Below are positions 39,025-49,692 of a DNA stretch of 50,085 nt, one piece after another. Under the pieces are notes generated by a model. The model searched no databases. It was not told the DNA's origin and was given only the letters and a program-made list of their open reading frames with translations. The DNA comes from Candidatus Thorarchaeota archaeon. GTDB lineage: Archaea; Asgardarchaeota; Thorarchaeia; Thorarchaeales; Thorarchaeaceae. The first letter of the stretch is position 1, and each line of letters opens with the position of its first letter. Made by a program: the position numbers and the translations under genes. The DNA is taken from positions 1 to 50,085 of the forward strand of contig JBHLRQ010000012.1 of NCBI GenBank assembly GCA_048882385.1, read 5' to 3'.

Positions 39025-39391
39025 CCACTCAGATTGAATAGAGTATCTCGATATGATGGAACTAACAGTAAATTAAGAGCACTCATCACAGCAACTTTAG
39101 ATACTTCACATTTTCAATTGGACCCGGTTTAGCCTTCACATCACTAGCACTGGTTATGTGGGTTCTTCTGTACAAGCGACAGTGAAAGCCTATCTTTCAA
39201 ACTAACTGAATCGTTTGTTGTTGAAATGAGAAAGGCAGCGGCAACATTTTACCACTTCAGAAGAATGGGTCGATCTTTCATCATTCACCTTTATGAGAGC
39301 GTTCCTTCCAGACTTCATCGCTTGTTTTCATTATGGATGAACTATTGAGGAATGTATCATCAATTTATATTCGCAAATTACTAGGAAGAGA

Positions 39392-41254
39392 TTGTCAGTG
39401 GAACACATGAAGGAGAAAGTCACCCTGTCATTCACAGTACTCATAATGACGATTTTCTTCTCCAGTATTACCGCGACCATTTTTACAGTAGGCATGCAGT
39501 ACCCAGAGAGCACATATCAACCACCATTCACATTCGATGATTATGATACAGGATTTTGGGACCTGAGTGAAGCAATAACCGATCCACTGAATATCAATAA
39601 TATCTCAACAGTCATTGAATATAATGAACTGCAGAATGAAACAATTCCATTAGTTGAATGGTATTTCAGTTATGAGAGTGAAATATTCAATGGGAATCCT
39701 GTTAGAATCAATTCTGTTATATTGAGAAAACAAAATTTCTCGACATCTTCTCCAGCTATTTTGTATCTCCACGGTTATGGTGGAGAGTACATGGATTATC
39801 TAGGATTCTTTAGAGATCTTGCATCCGCAGGTTTTGTTGTTATGGGCATTGATCATCCAGGAAGAGGAAATTCAACAGGTATGCCTGAACTAACTCCGAA
39901 TACGTTTCTGAATGTAACAAATGGACCTGAAGATTCTAATCTTTATCACTCTGTATGGGCTGGAGTACGCGCGATATCATTGCTGGAGTCACTATCATAT
40001 GTCAATGATAGCACTATTGTTATAGCAGGCGACTCAATGGGAGCATGGACTACCCTCATTGTATCTGCAATAGACGCACGGATTGATGGTGTGATTCCGA
40101 TTATTGGTGCAGGGAATCTAATGTATTCAATAATGTCAGGTTCTCTAATCAATAGTGTCATTGAACCCTCATACTCTCTTGATTCAACGGAGATGCAGAA
40201 CATTGCAAGGTGGTTTGATCCAATTGCCTATGCGAGAGATCTTACCCAGCCAACTCTAATGCTCTTTGGTTCCAATGACGATTTCTTTCCAATCATGTCA
40301 ATGAAAGACACAATAGAAGCAATCAATGCACCACTGACTCTTAGAATTGTACCAAATTGGAGACATTCAATTTATGACGAATTTGGTAGCAACATCGAAA
40401 GCTGGATGGAGAGTCAATTCCGAAGTGGGCTTAATCATTCATCAATTGATGTATTCTTTAGTGAGAAGTTGTCCCTCTACGGAGGTCTCATATCAATCGA
40501 TGTGAACACAACCTCTTCAAACAAAGCCTGGGTGTGTTGGCGTTCAGGTGAACCAGGAGCAGTATGGTTAGTATCTGAGATGATTTTGACTGGTCAAGGA
40601 GCTATTCAGACTTACTCAACTGATATTTTGCCATTGACAATAGGAAAAGTTTCGTTCTTTGTACTTGTGGAATTGGAGAACTCAATGATTGTTTCCTCTT
40701 CAATCGAGGTAGCCACTGCTGGTTCAGCGTTATTTCCATTTCTACTAGTCCTCTCAGGACTTTTACTTCTGATATTGATTAGAACAGGTGAATGGAGACC
40801 AACGACCTACAATGTCGTGCGAGAGGTACCGTATCTGATTGGCATGTTAATGCTCGGATTGGGATTTGTCCTACCATTCATTACCATTCAAGGAAGGACT
40901 ACATTGTCCGTACTGGAAATAATCGAACGCTTTGGAAACACATTCCTGTTAGCTGGATGGTTTCTACCAAGTTTTTTGGCTAGTGTCTGTTTTGTACTCG
41001 CGTTGTCCACCTATCGGCATGGTTTCCAATTGCGAGTTGCAGGATTGCTCTGGACTCCAGTACTGGTGATATTGATCATTCTTTTCTTGATTCTCTATGG
41101 TATATTCGGATTCTTTGGAAGTGAGGTTCTTGTGAATTTAGGTCTTGGGGGACCTCTCTTCTTAGCTGGAATAATCTTCATGCAGTTACTCGATAAGACT
41201 GTTAGGGAAAAATTGGAAAAGAAACTGGAGGAACTACTCAACATCGATATCTAG
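39392..41254 (+). CDS. Membrane-bound alpha/beta hydrolase (esterase-like) with C-terminal multi-TM region
   Basis: LYLHGYGG, DHPGRGNS, GDSMG, GSNDDFF, H; N-terminal TM and about 5 C-terminal TMs. Confidence 0.8.
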   Translation: MSVEHMKEKVTLSFTVLIMTIFFSSITATIFTVGMQYPESTYQPPFTFDDYDTGFWDLSEAITDPLNINNISTVIEYNELQNETIPLVEWYFSYESEIFNGNPVRINSVILRKQNFSTSSPAILYLHGYGGEYMDYLGFFRDLASAGFVVMGIDHPGRGNSTGMPELTPNTFLNVTNGPEDSNLYHSVWAGVRAISLLESLSYVNDSTIVIAGDSMGAWTTLIVSAIDARIDGVIPIIGAGNLMYSIMSGSLINSVIEPSYSLDSTEMQNIARWFDPIAYARDLTQPTLMLFGSNDDFFPIMSMKDTIEAINAPLTLRIVPNWRHSIYDEFGSNIESWMESQFRSGLNHSSIDVFFSEKLSLYGGLISIDVNTTSSNKAWVCWRSGEPGAVWLVSEMILTGQGAIQTYSTDILPLTIGKVSFFVLVELENSMIVSSSIEVATAGSALFPFLLVLSGLLLLILIRTGEWRPTTYNVVREVPYLIGMLMLGLGFVLPFITIQGRTTLSVLEIIERFGNTFLLAGWFLPSFLASVCFVLALSTYRHGFQLRVAGLLWTPVLVILIILFLILYGIFGFFGSEVLVNLGLGGPLFLAGIIFMQLLDKTVREKLEKKLEELLNIDI

Positions 41255-41305
41255 ACAATCGGGCCATTTGCCGGAAGACCAACTAGTTTCTATTTTGCAC
41301 TGTCC

Positions 41306-41548
41306 TCAGATTGCTTTAAGAAATTCTTGAATCTGATACTCGTATTCCCTTGTAGAAACTGTTACTTCGATTTTGTGACCTTCATCCTTTGTTTTAATTG
41401 TAACAAACCCGAGATTGCTTGAGAACTCCACACAACATTTCGGTTCTATATCTCTGAGTTTAAGCCCAAATTTTCCATCAAAGAACTCCTTGGCCTTCTT
41501 CATCACTTCTTCATTGGACAGACTTGTTACCTTACTCATTACTTTCAT
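41306..41548 (-). CDS. Small hypothetical protein (80 aa)
   Basis: Isolated ORF with GTGA-type RBS and TATA-like box upstream; plausible alpha/beta pattern. Confidence 0.65.
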   Translation of the reverse strand: MKVMSKVTSLSNEEVMKKAKEFFDGKFGLKLRDIEPKCCVEFSSNLGFVTIKTKDEGHKIEVTVSTREYEYQIQEFLKAI

Positions 41549-41796
41549 ATGAATTCACTATAGTTAATTCATTTTTGTATATAGGTCTTCGTATACATAT
41601 TTGAAGTGCTATAAGGAAGAAAGAGGGATAGAAGGAAGGTCAAGTTGTCGGAATAGAAAATCGTGACCATACCATAGAATTTTCGTGATAAAATTAACTT
41701 GAGCGGGATATCTCACAGTATTGTTTATTCAAATTAGAACCTATCAATATCGTTATATATTTCATAGATTCTCGAGTCGAAGAGCTACATGAGAAT

Positions 41797-42759
41797 ATGG
41801 GTTCGGTGTACGAAATGAGTAAGAGAAAGTACATCAGACAGTACAAATGGTCCAACATCTATGCAATGATGCGAGGCGGAGGAGGAAACCTAAAGGAATG
41901 TACTGATGATTTCGAGGGACGCCTAGTGGTCATCACAGGTGCAACCTCAGGAATCGGATTTGCAACTGCCAGAGAATACGCTTCCCATGGTGCGAATCTT
42001 CTTTTGATCAATCGAAATGAAGAGAAGTCGATAGCCCTTTGTGAAGAGATTCGCCAAGAATTTCAAGTAGAATGTGATTATCAGATTGCGGATTTTTCAC
42101 GATTATCTGAAGTACGCAAGGTTGGAAGTGAACTTTTGGAGTCAGACCTAGAAATCGATGTTCTTATACATAATGCAGGTGTCTATTCAACAAAAAAGAT
42201 AATCACAGAGGATGATAATGAACTGGTCTTTCAAGTAGACTATCTTGGGTCTTTCGTCCTGAATTATATGCTCAAGGATAAATTGAAAGCACGAGGAAAA
42301 ACACGCATTATCTATGTTAATTCAGAAGGTCACCGCTTTGCAGTTTGGGGAATAGGACTACATGATCCCAAGTATGAGAAACGTCGACATACCGGTTTGG
42401 GAAGTTATGGTGTTGCAAAAACAGCCCAACTTCTTTCGATGATCAAATTTGCTGAATTTTTCGAAGGTAGCGGTGTGACCATAAACGCAATGCATCCAGG
42501 AACTGTTAAAACCAATACTGGTTCAAACAATGGCCGAATATACCGTTGGTACAAAAGAAACTTAGTCGATCGTATCTCCAAAGATCCACAAATATCTGCA
42601 ACAGCGCTTTATTATCTAGGAGTTTCAAAGGAAATAGAAGGAATAAGTGGAAAGTTCTTCAATCTTACAAAGGAGGAAGAACCCGCACCTCCAGCATTAG
42701 ATAGGGATGTAGCTGAGGAGCTTTGGTATAAATCAATAGAAATGGCGGGTTTGGAATGA
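41797..42759 (+). CDS. Short-chain dehydrogenase (retinol-dehydrogenase/WWOX-like)
   Basis: TGATSGIG, HNAG, YGVAK (YxxxK), HPG.V.T. Confidence 0.9.
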   Translation: MGSVYEMSKRKYIRQYKWSNIYAMMRGGGGNLKECTDDFEGRLVVITGATSGIGFATAREYASHGANLLLINRNEEKSIALCEEIRQEFQVECDYQIADFSRLSEVRKVGSELLESDLEIDVLIHNAGVYSTKKIITEDDNELVFQVDYLGSFVLNYMLKDKLKARGKTRIIYVNSEGHRFAVWGIGLHDPKYEKRRHTGLGSYGVAKTAQLLSMIKFAEFFEGSGVTINAMHPGTVKTNTGSNNGRIYRWYKRNLVDRISKDPQISATALYYLGVSKEIEGISGKFFNLTKEEEPAPPALDRDVAEELWYKSIEMAGLE

Positions 42760-44351
42760 GCGAGAACAATCATCGAATAGTCATCGTCGGCGGCGGGATG
42801 GCAGGATTGACTGCTGCTGTGTATTTAGCAAGGGCAGAACATGACGTGCTTCTACTAGAGAAGAACAAAGAATGCGGCGGACTTCTCAATTCATTTCAAC
42901 GAGAGGGATTCACATTTGATGCAGGTGCAAGATCAATCCTGAATGCAGGAGTAATTTATCCTATGCTCAAAGAACTCGGAATCGAGCTTGACTTCCTTGA
43001 TAGCCCAGTATCTATTGGAATCGAGAACAAGATCATCAGTCTCTCTCCGGAAACTGGCTTGGTTGACTATAAACGATTGTTAGAGGAAATGTACCCTGAC
43101 AGCGTCAACGATATCGACAAGATTGACACCAAAATCAGAAAAATAATGAATGACATGCGAGTCTTGTACGCAATTGATAATCCCAATTTCAGGGAAGAGA
43201 AAGATGGAGCATATCTCAAACAACTCCTTGGGTGGATGCCAAGATTTCTGCCGGTCCTACGTAGAATTAGTAAGCAGACCGAGCCCGTTGAATCCTATTT
43301 GGGAAAGTTCACTTCAAATCAATCCCTCATCGATATCATAGCCCAGCATTTCTTCAAGAAGACACCAACGTCTTTCGCCTTGGGTTACTTCTATTCCTAT
43401 ACTGATTACATATATCCAAGGGGAGGTACGGGCCAGTTACCAAAGGCGATGGTCCAAAGAATCATTGAGCTGGGCGGGAAGATTCAAACAGAAACTGAAA
43501 TAATCACAGTCAATCCTTCAGAACAAACATTGACAGACAAGGATGGCAACATCCATTCATATGATACTCTCATCTGGAGTGCGGATCTGAAGACATTATA
43601 CAGAATATTGAATCCCAGTGACTTAGAGGAAAAGGTCACTCGTGAGATCCTAGAACAGAAGGAGCTTCTTCTTTCAAAACGCGGGTGTGATTCCGTTTAT
43701 TCCTTATTTATTGGTGTAGATATACCATTAGAGGAATTCAGCTCCATCTCAAATGGGCATTTCTTCTACACACCATCAAAACAAGGCTTAGGAAAGATAC
43801 ATTGGTCGGAGCTCGATTCTTTGATCGAGAATTTTGACAATAAATCAAAGGATGAAGTTATACAGTGGTTGGACAAATACTGTCAACTAACGACATATGA
43901 AATATCAATACCAGCATTTAGAGACCCATCATTGGCTCCCGAAGGCAAGACAGGTTTGGAAATTAGCATGCTCTTTGAATATGATTTATTGAAGAAAGTA
44001 GAGGATGCCAACTGGTATGAAGAATTCCGAACCGAGGTTGAAAATCGAATGTTGGATACCCTTTCGAATTCCATCTATCCAGGCTTGAAAGACAAGGTCA
44101 TCTTTCAAACATCATCGACTCCGCTCAGTATTGCTAAGATAGTAGGAACCTCAGAAGGAGCAATCGTAGGTTGGTCGTATCTATCACCCGTTCCCGTTGT
44201 ACACGAACTCCGAAAGATTTCTAGTTCAGTTAAGACACCGATTCCAAACGTATTACAGGCGGGACAATGGGCGTATAGTCCAGCAGGAATACCTACAGCA
44301 ATCATTACGGGTTGGAATGCTGCTAAAAAAGCAATGAAGATCAAAAAATGA
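42756..44351 (+). CDS. FAD oxidoreductase, phytoene desaturase/retinol saturase-like
   Basis: GGGMAGL, LEKN..CGG, FTFDAG, YPRGG, APEGK, GAIVGW, GQW..SPAGIP; ATGA overlap with the SDR gene. Confidence 0.85.
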   Translation: MSENNHRIVIVGGGMAGLTAAVYLARAEHDVLLLEKNKECGGLLNSFQREGFTFDAGARSILNAGVIYPMLKELGIELDFLDSPVSIGIENKIISLSPETGLVDYKRLLEEMYPDSVNDIDKIDTKIRKIMNDMRVLYAIDNPNFREEKDGAYLKQLLGWMPRFLPVLRRISKQTEPVESYLGKFTSNQSLIDIIAQHFFKKTPTSFALGYFYSYTDYIYPRGGTGQLPKAMVQRIIELGGKIQTETEIITVNPSEQTLTDKDGNIHSYDTLIWSADLKTLYRILNPSDLEEKVTREILEQKELLLSKRGCDSVYSLFIGVDIPLEEFSSISNGHFFYTPSKQGLGKIHWSELDSLIENFDNKSKDEVIQWLDKYCQLTTYEISIPAFRDPSLAPEGKTGLEISMLFEYDLLKKVEDANWYEEFRTEVENRMLDTLSNSIYPGLKDKVIFQTSSTPLSIAKIVGTSEGAIVGWSYLSPVPVVHELRKISSSVKTPIPNVLQAGQWAYSPAGIPTAIITGWNAAKKAMKIKK

Positions 44352-44474
44352 TTTGCATACCAGGCATTCACCTGATAGGAAAAAAGGATAGGATGGTAAG
44401 GGTGTGAAGAGGAGGATTGTAGACGTTTTGACGAAATCTTTTATTCCAGCTGTCATATCATCGTGTGAGCACTC

Positions 44475-46205
44475 ATGACGAAGATTGAGATGAAAGACGG
44501 TGTACCCATGTGTACCCTCGAACAATACGAAACTGATTTTGCTGATCGTCATTTGGTCCATGGAGTTATTGAGAAGTGGGCCAATGAGAAACCGGATGAG
44601 ATAGGACTAATCTGTGCGAATGATGGAAGGGAATTCTCATGGAAAGATATCCACCAGGCAGCAACAGCCATTGCGATCAAGTTGACTGAGATGGGATTGA
44701 AGAAAGGGGACTTTCTTGCAACGTCGTTACCTTTCCTCCCAGAACACATTTTCCTTGAATACGCATGTTTCCAGATTGGAGTCATCCATGTGCCCCTCGA
44801 TCTTCGATTGAAGCCCCATGAGGTCATTCGTTGCCTAACCCTTGTGATGGCAAAGGCATATTGTCATCTCGGGAAGACGGAGCATGCTGACTTTGGGGCT
44901 CTGGGAAATGCTGTCAAGGAGAGTTGTCCATTTGTGGAGCACTTTATCCAGTTCTCTCCGCTAGAGGAATGCAATGAGGGAGCGACCTCTGCCTTTACCC
45001 TGGCAAAAGATGCAGATGAGCTGGCAAAAGAGGTATTCTCAGGGAGAGTTCCAGAACTGGCTCAGAAATTTGCAGCAGCGAAAGCAATTATTGTAGAAAC
45101 TGATGGATGTCAGGTAATCTATACGACGGGCTCTACAGGTGCTCCGAAGCCTGCTCTTCTCTCCCATCGTGGAATAACGTCTCAGAATCTTACCCTCGGC
45201 ATGGGTTTTGATATGACTGAGAATGACACTATGTGTGTGAATCTACCCCCTAGTCATGTCGGAGGCCAGGCAGAACAACTGATGACACCATGGTTCTTCA
45301 GCGGGAAGTGCGTGGTCCTTCACATCTTCGATCCAGAACTCACATTGGAATCTATTCAGAAGTACAAAGTGACACTCTTTGGTCAAATCCCTGCTCTCTT
45401 CGTCATGGAGTGGCGTTTGCCAAATTACTCAGATTTCGATCTCTCGAGTCTCAAATTCGGACTGTATGGTGGACAGGCGGTTTCACGTCAATTCCTTGAA
45501 CAGCTGAAAGAGATGACTCCCAGATTTGGTACTGGATTGGGGTTGACGGAAACTTCTGGGTTCTGTACCTACACACCACTTGACGGTACTGTGGACGATA
45601 TTCTTGCTGGGGTCGGATATGCCATGCCAATCACTCCCATCTCAATCAGAGAGCCGATGCTGCCTGATGGGATGGCTGGGAAGGAACTACCTCCAGGAGA
45701 GAACGGAGAGATCTGCTTCAGAGGGCCACAACTCTTCCTTGGTTATGTGAATGATGAGGATGCAACTCGAAAGACAATCTCGAAGGATGGATGGCTATAT
45801 ACCGGTGACTATGGCAGCTACGATGAGAAAGGATTGCATCTGGCAGGCCGGACCAAGCTCATCATCAAACCAAAAGGCTACAATGTGTTTCCAACAGAGG
45901 TAGAGAATTTCATTGCCAACGAATTGAAAGAGAAGATCGCTAATGTTGCTTGTGTTGGTGTCAAACATGAGGTCTTCACGGAGGCAATCTTTGCTTTTGT
46001 AGTTCCGAAAGATGGACAGACCGTAACATCCGAAGAGGTACATGAAGTAGCGAAAGGAATGGCTTCATACAAACGTCCATCGTATGTTGAAATTATCTTA
46101 GAGATGCCTTTGAATCGAGTAGCAAAGACTGACTATGTTTCTCTAAAACAAACAGCTGATGACAAAGTGGACGAGCTTCGTGCTGCAGGTAAATGGGACA
46201 ATTAG
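44475..46205 (+). CDS. Acyl-CoA synthetase / AMP-binding enzyme
   Basis: YTTGSTGAPK, GLTET, GEICFRGP, GWLYTGD, GYNVFP.EVE, K in NRVAKTD. Confidence 0.92.
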   Translation: MTKIEMKDGVPMCTLEQYETDFADRHLVHGVIEKWANEKPDEIGLICANDGREFSWKDIHQAATAIAIKLTEMGLKKGDFLATSLPFLPEHIFLEYACFQIGVIHVPLDLRLKPHEVIRCLTLVMAKAYCHLGKTEHADFGALGNAVKESCPFVEHFIQFSPLEECNEGATSAFTLAKDADELAKEVFSGRVPELAQKFAAAKAIIVETDGCQVIYTTGSTGAPKPALLSHRGITSQNLTLGMGFDMTENDTMCVNLPPSHVGGQAEQLMTPWFFSGKCVVLHIFDPELTLESIQKYKVTLFGQIPALFVMEWRLPNYSDFDLSSLKFGLYGGQAVSRQFLEQLKEMTPRFGTGLGLTETSGFCTYTPLDGTVDDILAGVGYAMPITPISIREPMLPDGMAGKELPPGENGEICFRGPQLFLGYVNDEDATRKTISKDGWLYTGDYGSYDEKGLHLAGRTKLIIKPKGYNVFPTEVENFIANELKEKIANVACVGVKHEVFTEAIFAFVVPKDGQTVTSEEVHEVAKGMASYKRPSYVEIILEMPLNRVAKTDYVSLKQTADDKVDELRAAGKWDN

Positions 46206-46219
46206 ATTTCTTATTAGAC

Positions 46220-46273
46220 TGAAAAGAGAAAAAATGGAAGGAGGTGCAACCGACGCACCCTTGTGGGGTGTGT
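46220..46273 (+). repeat. Intergenic direct repeat, copy 1
   Basis: 48/54 identical to copy 2 (48064-48117). Confidence 0.9.
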
Positions 46274-46325
46274 ATTGGATTTATTCAATAGGATAGATTT
46301 TTACATAAGTTCTCAAACTTGAACT

Positions 46326-48062
46326 TTGGAAGGGAGTTCATTGGCCAATGGTCAAATCAAGTCCATTATCATTGTTATAATCATCCTACTATTCCTTGCA
46401 GTTCCGATAACAGTATCAATCGAAAATGGGTTATCCCACCCAAACATCGAGGTAATCGAAGGGGAGGATGTTAATGCGACTGAGTCCATTCAGATTCAAT
46501 ATCAGCCATACGACCCGAAGTCTATTGTGAGACTAGTAAACGACTCAACTGTTGACTCGAGTTTTGGATGGTATATCTGGTCAAAAGAGTATTACGTTTG
46601 GTCTGGTACTGCTACTAGAGATTTTGGAATTTCAATAATTAATGTTTCAGCAATAAGACTAGGTTTGGAATTCACCAATTATGACAATCCGATTCATGTA
46701 TCACTATTCAGTTCAGTATCAGAATCGAAGAATTCTACATATCAAATTGAAAATCAAAGGGGACAAATATCTCTCGAGGTACCCATTGAAGAATTTGAGT
46801 ATGGGCAAGATGATTCCTTTCTATCACTTTCTGTTACTATTCGATTAGTTAACTGCTCATGGGATGATCTCGAATTCACAAGCTTCTGGATTGACGTAAT
46901 TACAACAGAGGTCCTATTTCCAATAACCATTGATGTGCAACGGACAAACGAGGAGAGTCTATTTTCAAATCCAAACATGAGAATCCTCAGAGGTTCGAAT
47001 GAACCAAAAATAGTGTTTGAATCAATTAATGATTCACTTCCATTACGACGTATAAATGAAACCATATTGTTACCACCAGACAACTATACGCTCTGGATGA
47101 ATTGGAATGAAGATCTTGTTGGGGAAATATCGTTATTCAATAGTTCAGCGACACTCACCTTGAAAATGAAATGTGTACGAGTGGATGCGAAACTCACCCA
47201 AGATGTTCCGGGGTACTTCATATCATTTGGGGATTACTGGGAGGATATCTATGAAGACCACCTGTTGGTACATTCACCTTATTTCTACTTCCCCCCTGAA
47301 TTCGAAGTTTCTGTTGAAATTGACAGTTGGATTAGTCCCTTTGAAGCAAGAATCTATGCATCAACAGTTATTATGCCAGGTGAAAATCAAAACATCACAT
47401 TAATGGTAAATCCGGGATTAATCTCGGTCGGTGACATATCTATCAGTAATGGAAGAATGTTCATAGCCGTCTCTTCAATCTTATTTGTGATTGCAGTCAT
47501 CCTTGTGTCTGGAAGAAAACTCACAAGTAGCACTAAGGTCATTCCATTTCTTTTCCTGTTTGCGGGAATGGTCTTTCCATGGATGCATGTCTCCAAATAT
47601 GGTTCATGGGCTAGTCCAACTCCACCTGGAGACTACTGGGAATTCTGGGGGATAAGCCCAGCAATATTCACATCATTCGGTTCTGCAGACGACTTTTCTA
47701 TTATTATAGGTCCAACCTATAGAGCCAGTCATTTATCATTTCAGATGTTAATAGGAGTTGCTTCGTTTTTACTACTCATAATCATGTTTGCTGTTGCTCT
47801 TCCAGATATTACTGATCTGTCTTTTATTCTCGAGATTTTTGATATTGGGAGTCTACCAAAAGTGAGTATCAAACAAGTAGCCTTTCTGTTATCACTTACT
47901 CTGCTTCTCGAGATACTCTACATTGACTATAGTCTGTATGGATACTCAATGGGATGGTATGGTAGTTTCTCTGTTGGAACGGGATTCTTTCTCACTGTCC
48001 TTTCAATCATCTCATTCGCGGTACTTGTAAGTAGACAGAGTTACAAAAAGCCAAAAGATTAG
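46326..48062 (+). CDS. Hypothetical membrane protein with large extracellular beta-rich domain and C-terminal TMs
   Basis: N-terminal hydrophobic helix, many N-x-S/T sequons, about 5 C-terminal hydrophobic segments. Confidence 0.75.
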   Translation: MEGSSLANGQIKSIIIVIIILLFLAVPITVSIENGLSHPNIEVIEGEDVNATESIQIQYQPYDPKSIVRLVNDSTVDSSFGWYIWSKEYYVWSGTATRDFGISIINVSAIRLGLEFTNYDNPIHVSLFSSVSESKNSTYQIENQRGQISLEVPIEEFEYGQDDSFLSLSVTIRLVNCSWDDLEFTSFWIDVITTEVLFPITIDVQRTNEESLFSNPNMRILRGSNEPKIVFESINDSLPLRRINETILLPPDNYTLWMNWNEDLVGEISLFNSSATLTLKMKCVRVDAKLTQDVPGYFISFGDYWEDIYEDHLLVHSPYFYFPPEFEVSVEIDSWISPFEARIYASTVIMPGENQNITLMVNPGLISVGDISISNGRMFIAVSSILFVIAVILVSGRKLTSSTKVIPFLFLFAGMVFPWMHVSKYGSWASPTPPGDYWEFWGISPAIFTSFGSADDFSIIIGPTYRASHLSFQMLIGVASFLLLIIMFAVALPDITDLSFILEIFDIGSLPKVSIKQVAFLLSLTLLLEILYIDYSLYGYSMGWYGSFSVGTGFFLTVLSIISFAVLVSRQSYKKPKD

Positions 48063-48063
48063 A

Positions 48064-48117
48064 TGGAAAGAGAAAGGATGGAAGGAGGTGCAACCAACGC
48101 ACTCTTGCGGGGTGTGT
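48064..48117 (+). repeat. Intergenic direct repeat, copy 2
   Basis: TGGAAAGAGAAAGGATGGAAGGAGGTGC is 28/28 identical to copy 3. Confidence 0.9.
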
Positions 48118-48154
48118 TAGACCAAATGGATGTGATTAAGGCTCTATATGCAGG

Positions 48155-48859
48155 TCAGGAGTATCCCTTTGAAGTTCGTACGATATTTCTTGCAACCAAT
48201 GATTGAAGAAGGAAACATAGCAAGATGGAAACAACTACAAATTTCTGCCCTATCGTCACAGCTAATGACAATCCTACCGAACCAGCTTGATACATTGAAT
48301 ATAGGAATAAACTAAGAACTAGTCCAAGAGCAACATAGATACCAGCATATCGATTTGGATAACTTTGAGACCCTAGTATAGCAGATGTGTGAAAGACAAC
48401 AATAGGAAGTCCTGAAACAAAAGCTAGAGCACCAAACATCAGATGAGTTTCCATGAACAGATCCGATGGTGTTAGAGCTCCACCAACAAAAGTCAGTGCA
48501 AAGAACACACCGATAATGGACCCAAGTACACTGAATACAAATTGCAGTTTCTCGCCTTTGAATAATCTAGGAAATGCTATGAAATATGGGACCAACAAAA
48601 CACCTGTGAAAAACAATGATACGTTGAATGTGAAGGAAGATACCCGATTAGGAACACCTGAATATGCAGTCATTCGACCTAGGTCACTGAAGAAATTGTA
48701 GAGTAAAGAGAAACCTAGTGAATTTGGGTCGACTGAAGTACCTCCAGCATATGTGAGGATTGCAATTGGTAGTAAAAGCAGAGCCTGTATCATACCAATC
48801 ACGCAAAGGGTAAAGGAATTCTCTTTCCAATTGTTTCTAAAGCTCATCATCATTATCAT
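48155..48859 (-). CDS. Integral membrane protein (DUF998-like)
   Basis: YAGG...NFFSDLG, G.LTP.D...H motifs; about 6 TMs. Confidence 0.7.
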   Translation of the reverse strand: MIMMMSFRNNWKENSFTLCVIGMIQALLLLPIAILTYAGGTSVDPNSLGFSLLYNFFSDLGRMTAYSGVPNRVSSFTFNVSLFFTGVLLVPYFIAFPRLFKGEKLQFVFSVLGSIIGVFFALTFVGGALTPSDLFMETHLMFGALAFVSGLPIVVFHTSAILGSQSYPNRYAGIYVALGLVLSLFLYSMYQAGSVGLSLAVTIGQKFVVVSILLCFLLQSLVARNIVRTSKGYS

Positions 48860-49685
48860 CCCACCATTTTACACCCGAACTACCATCATCTATCAAGAAT
48901 GAATCCGATTTCTCTCTTTTGAAAGGTTTCTTATAGTATGAGTCCTTCGTCACTGCTCCTGCGAGTTGTTGCGTCAACCGAATCTGTCCTAGCTCATCAA
49001 ATCTGGAATTAATGACATATACTAAGTAGCCTAGAATCAAATCTAAGAGCAGAAAACACTTGCCAATGGCATTGACACTCGCTTCTTTCAATGAGAGTGA
49101 TCTACTCTTACTCTCATGTATTGTTTCCAATCCTAGAACCAGACGACCTAGTGTCTTTCCTCCAAAATACGCCTCAAACGTAAAGAAGTATGAGAAACCA
49201 ACAACAACAACAAAAAGCATCGGTCGCCAAAAATCAAAAACTCCAAAAAGTAGAATCTCTAAGGTCAGGAATGAGATGACACTTATTACAAAACCCATAA
49301 TCAACGTCAGGATAGCTGTAACAGGAATATAGGGAGCATACGTGAGGGCTAAGAGAATAGGAGAAATATAAGCTGGATCAATAACACTCCAAACTATATC
49401 AAAGATGAAACATACAAAAGACACATCAATATATGCTGCAACACACCTGACAAGTATTTTCGCGATATATGTTTCAGACTTCTTACTGAAAATCCTCTCA
49501 ACAATAACAAGGGCAAAGACAGCCAATAGTGCTAGACCTCCAAAGAGGAGGGCGAAAGCGAGTACAATTGCATTTGGATCAATCAACAAGAATGACCTCA
49601 CGATTACCTCTAGGCACGATTTGAATAATTCGAGAAGTTGCATAAATAGCCTAGGATTCTTGACCTTCCAACTATTATGTCCCAT
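48837..49685 (-). CDS. RDD-family membrane protein
   Basis: RCVAAYID, YFFTFE...GKTLGRLVLGL, Q.RLTQ; start uncertain. Confidence 0.7.
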   Translation of the reverse strand: MGHNSWKVKNPRLFMQLLELFKSCLEVIVRSFLLIDPNAIVLAFALLFGGLALLAVFALVIVERIFSKKSETYIAKILVRCVAAYIDVSFVCFIFDIVWSVIDPAYISPILLALTYAPYIPVTAILTLIMGFVISVISFLTLEILLFGVFDFWRPMLFVVVVGFSYFFTFEAYFGGKTLGRLVLGLETIHESKSRSLSLKEASVNAIGKCFLLLDLILGYLVYVINSRFDELGQIRLTQQLAGAVTKDSYYKKPFKREKSDSFLIDDGSSGVKWWDDNDDEL

Positions 49686-49692
49686 ATTGAGT

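Noticed and set aside
41610-44420. Purine-rich intergenic tracts near 41615 and 44375 as further copies of the 46.2-49.7 kb repeat
   Set aside because: Only compositional similarity; the GGAGGTGC core and hairpin are absent.
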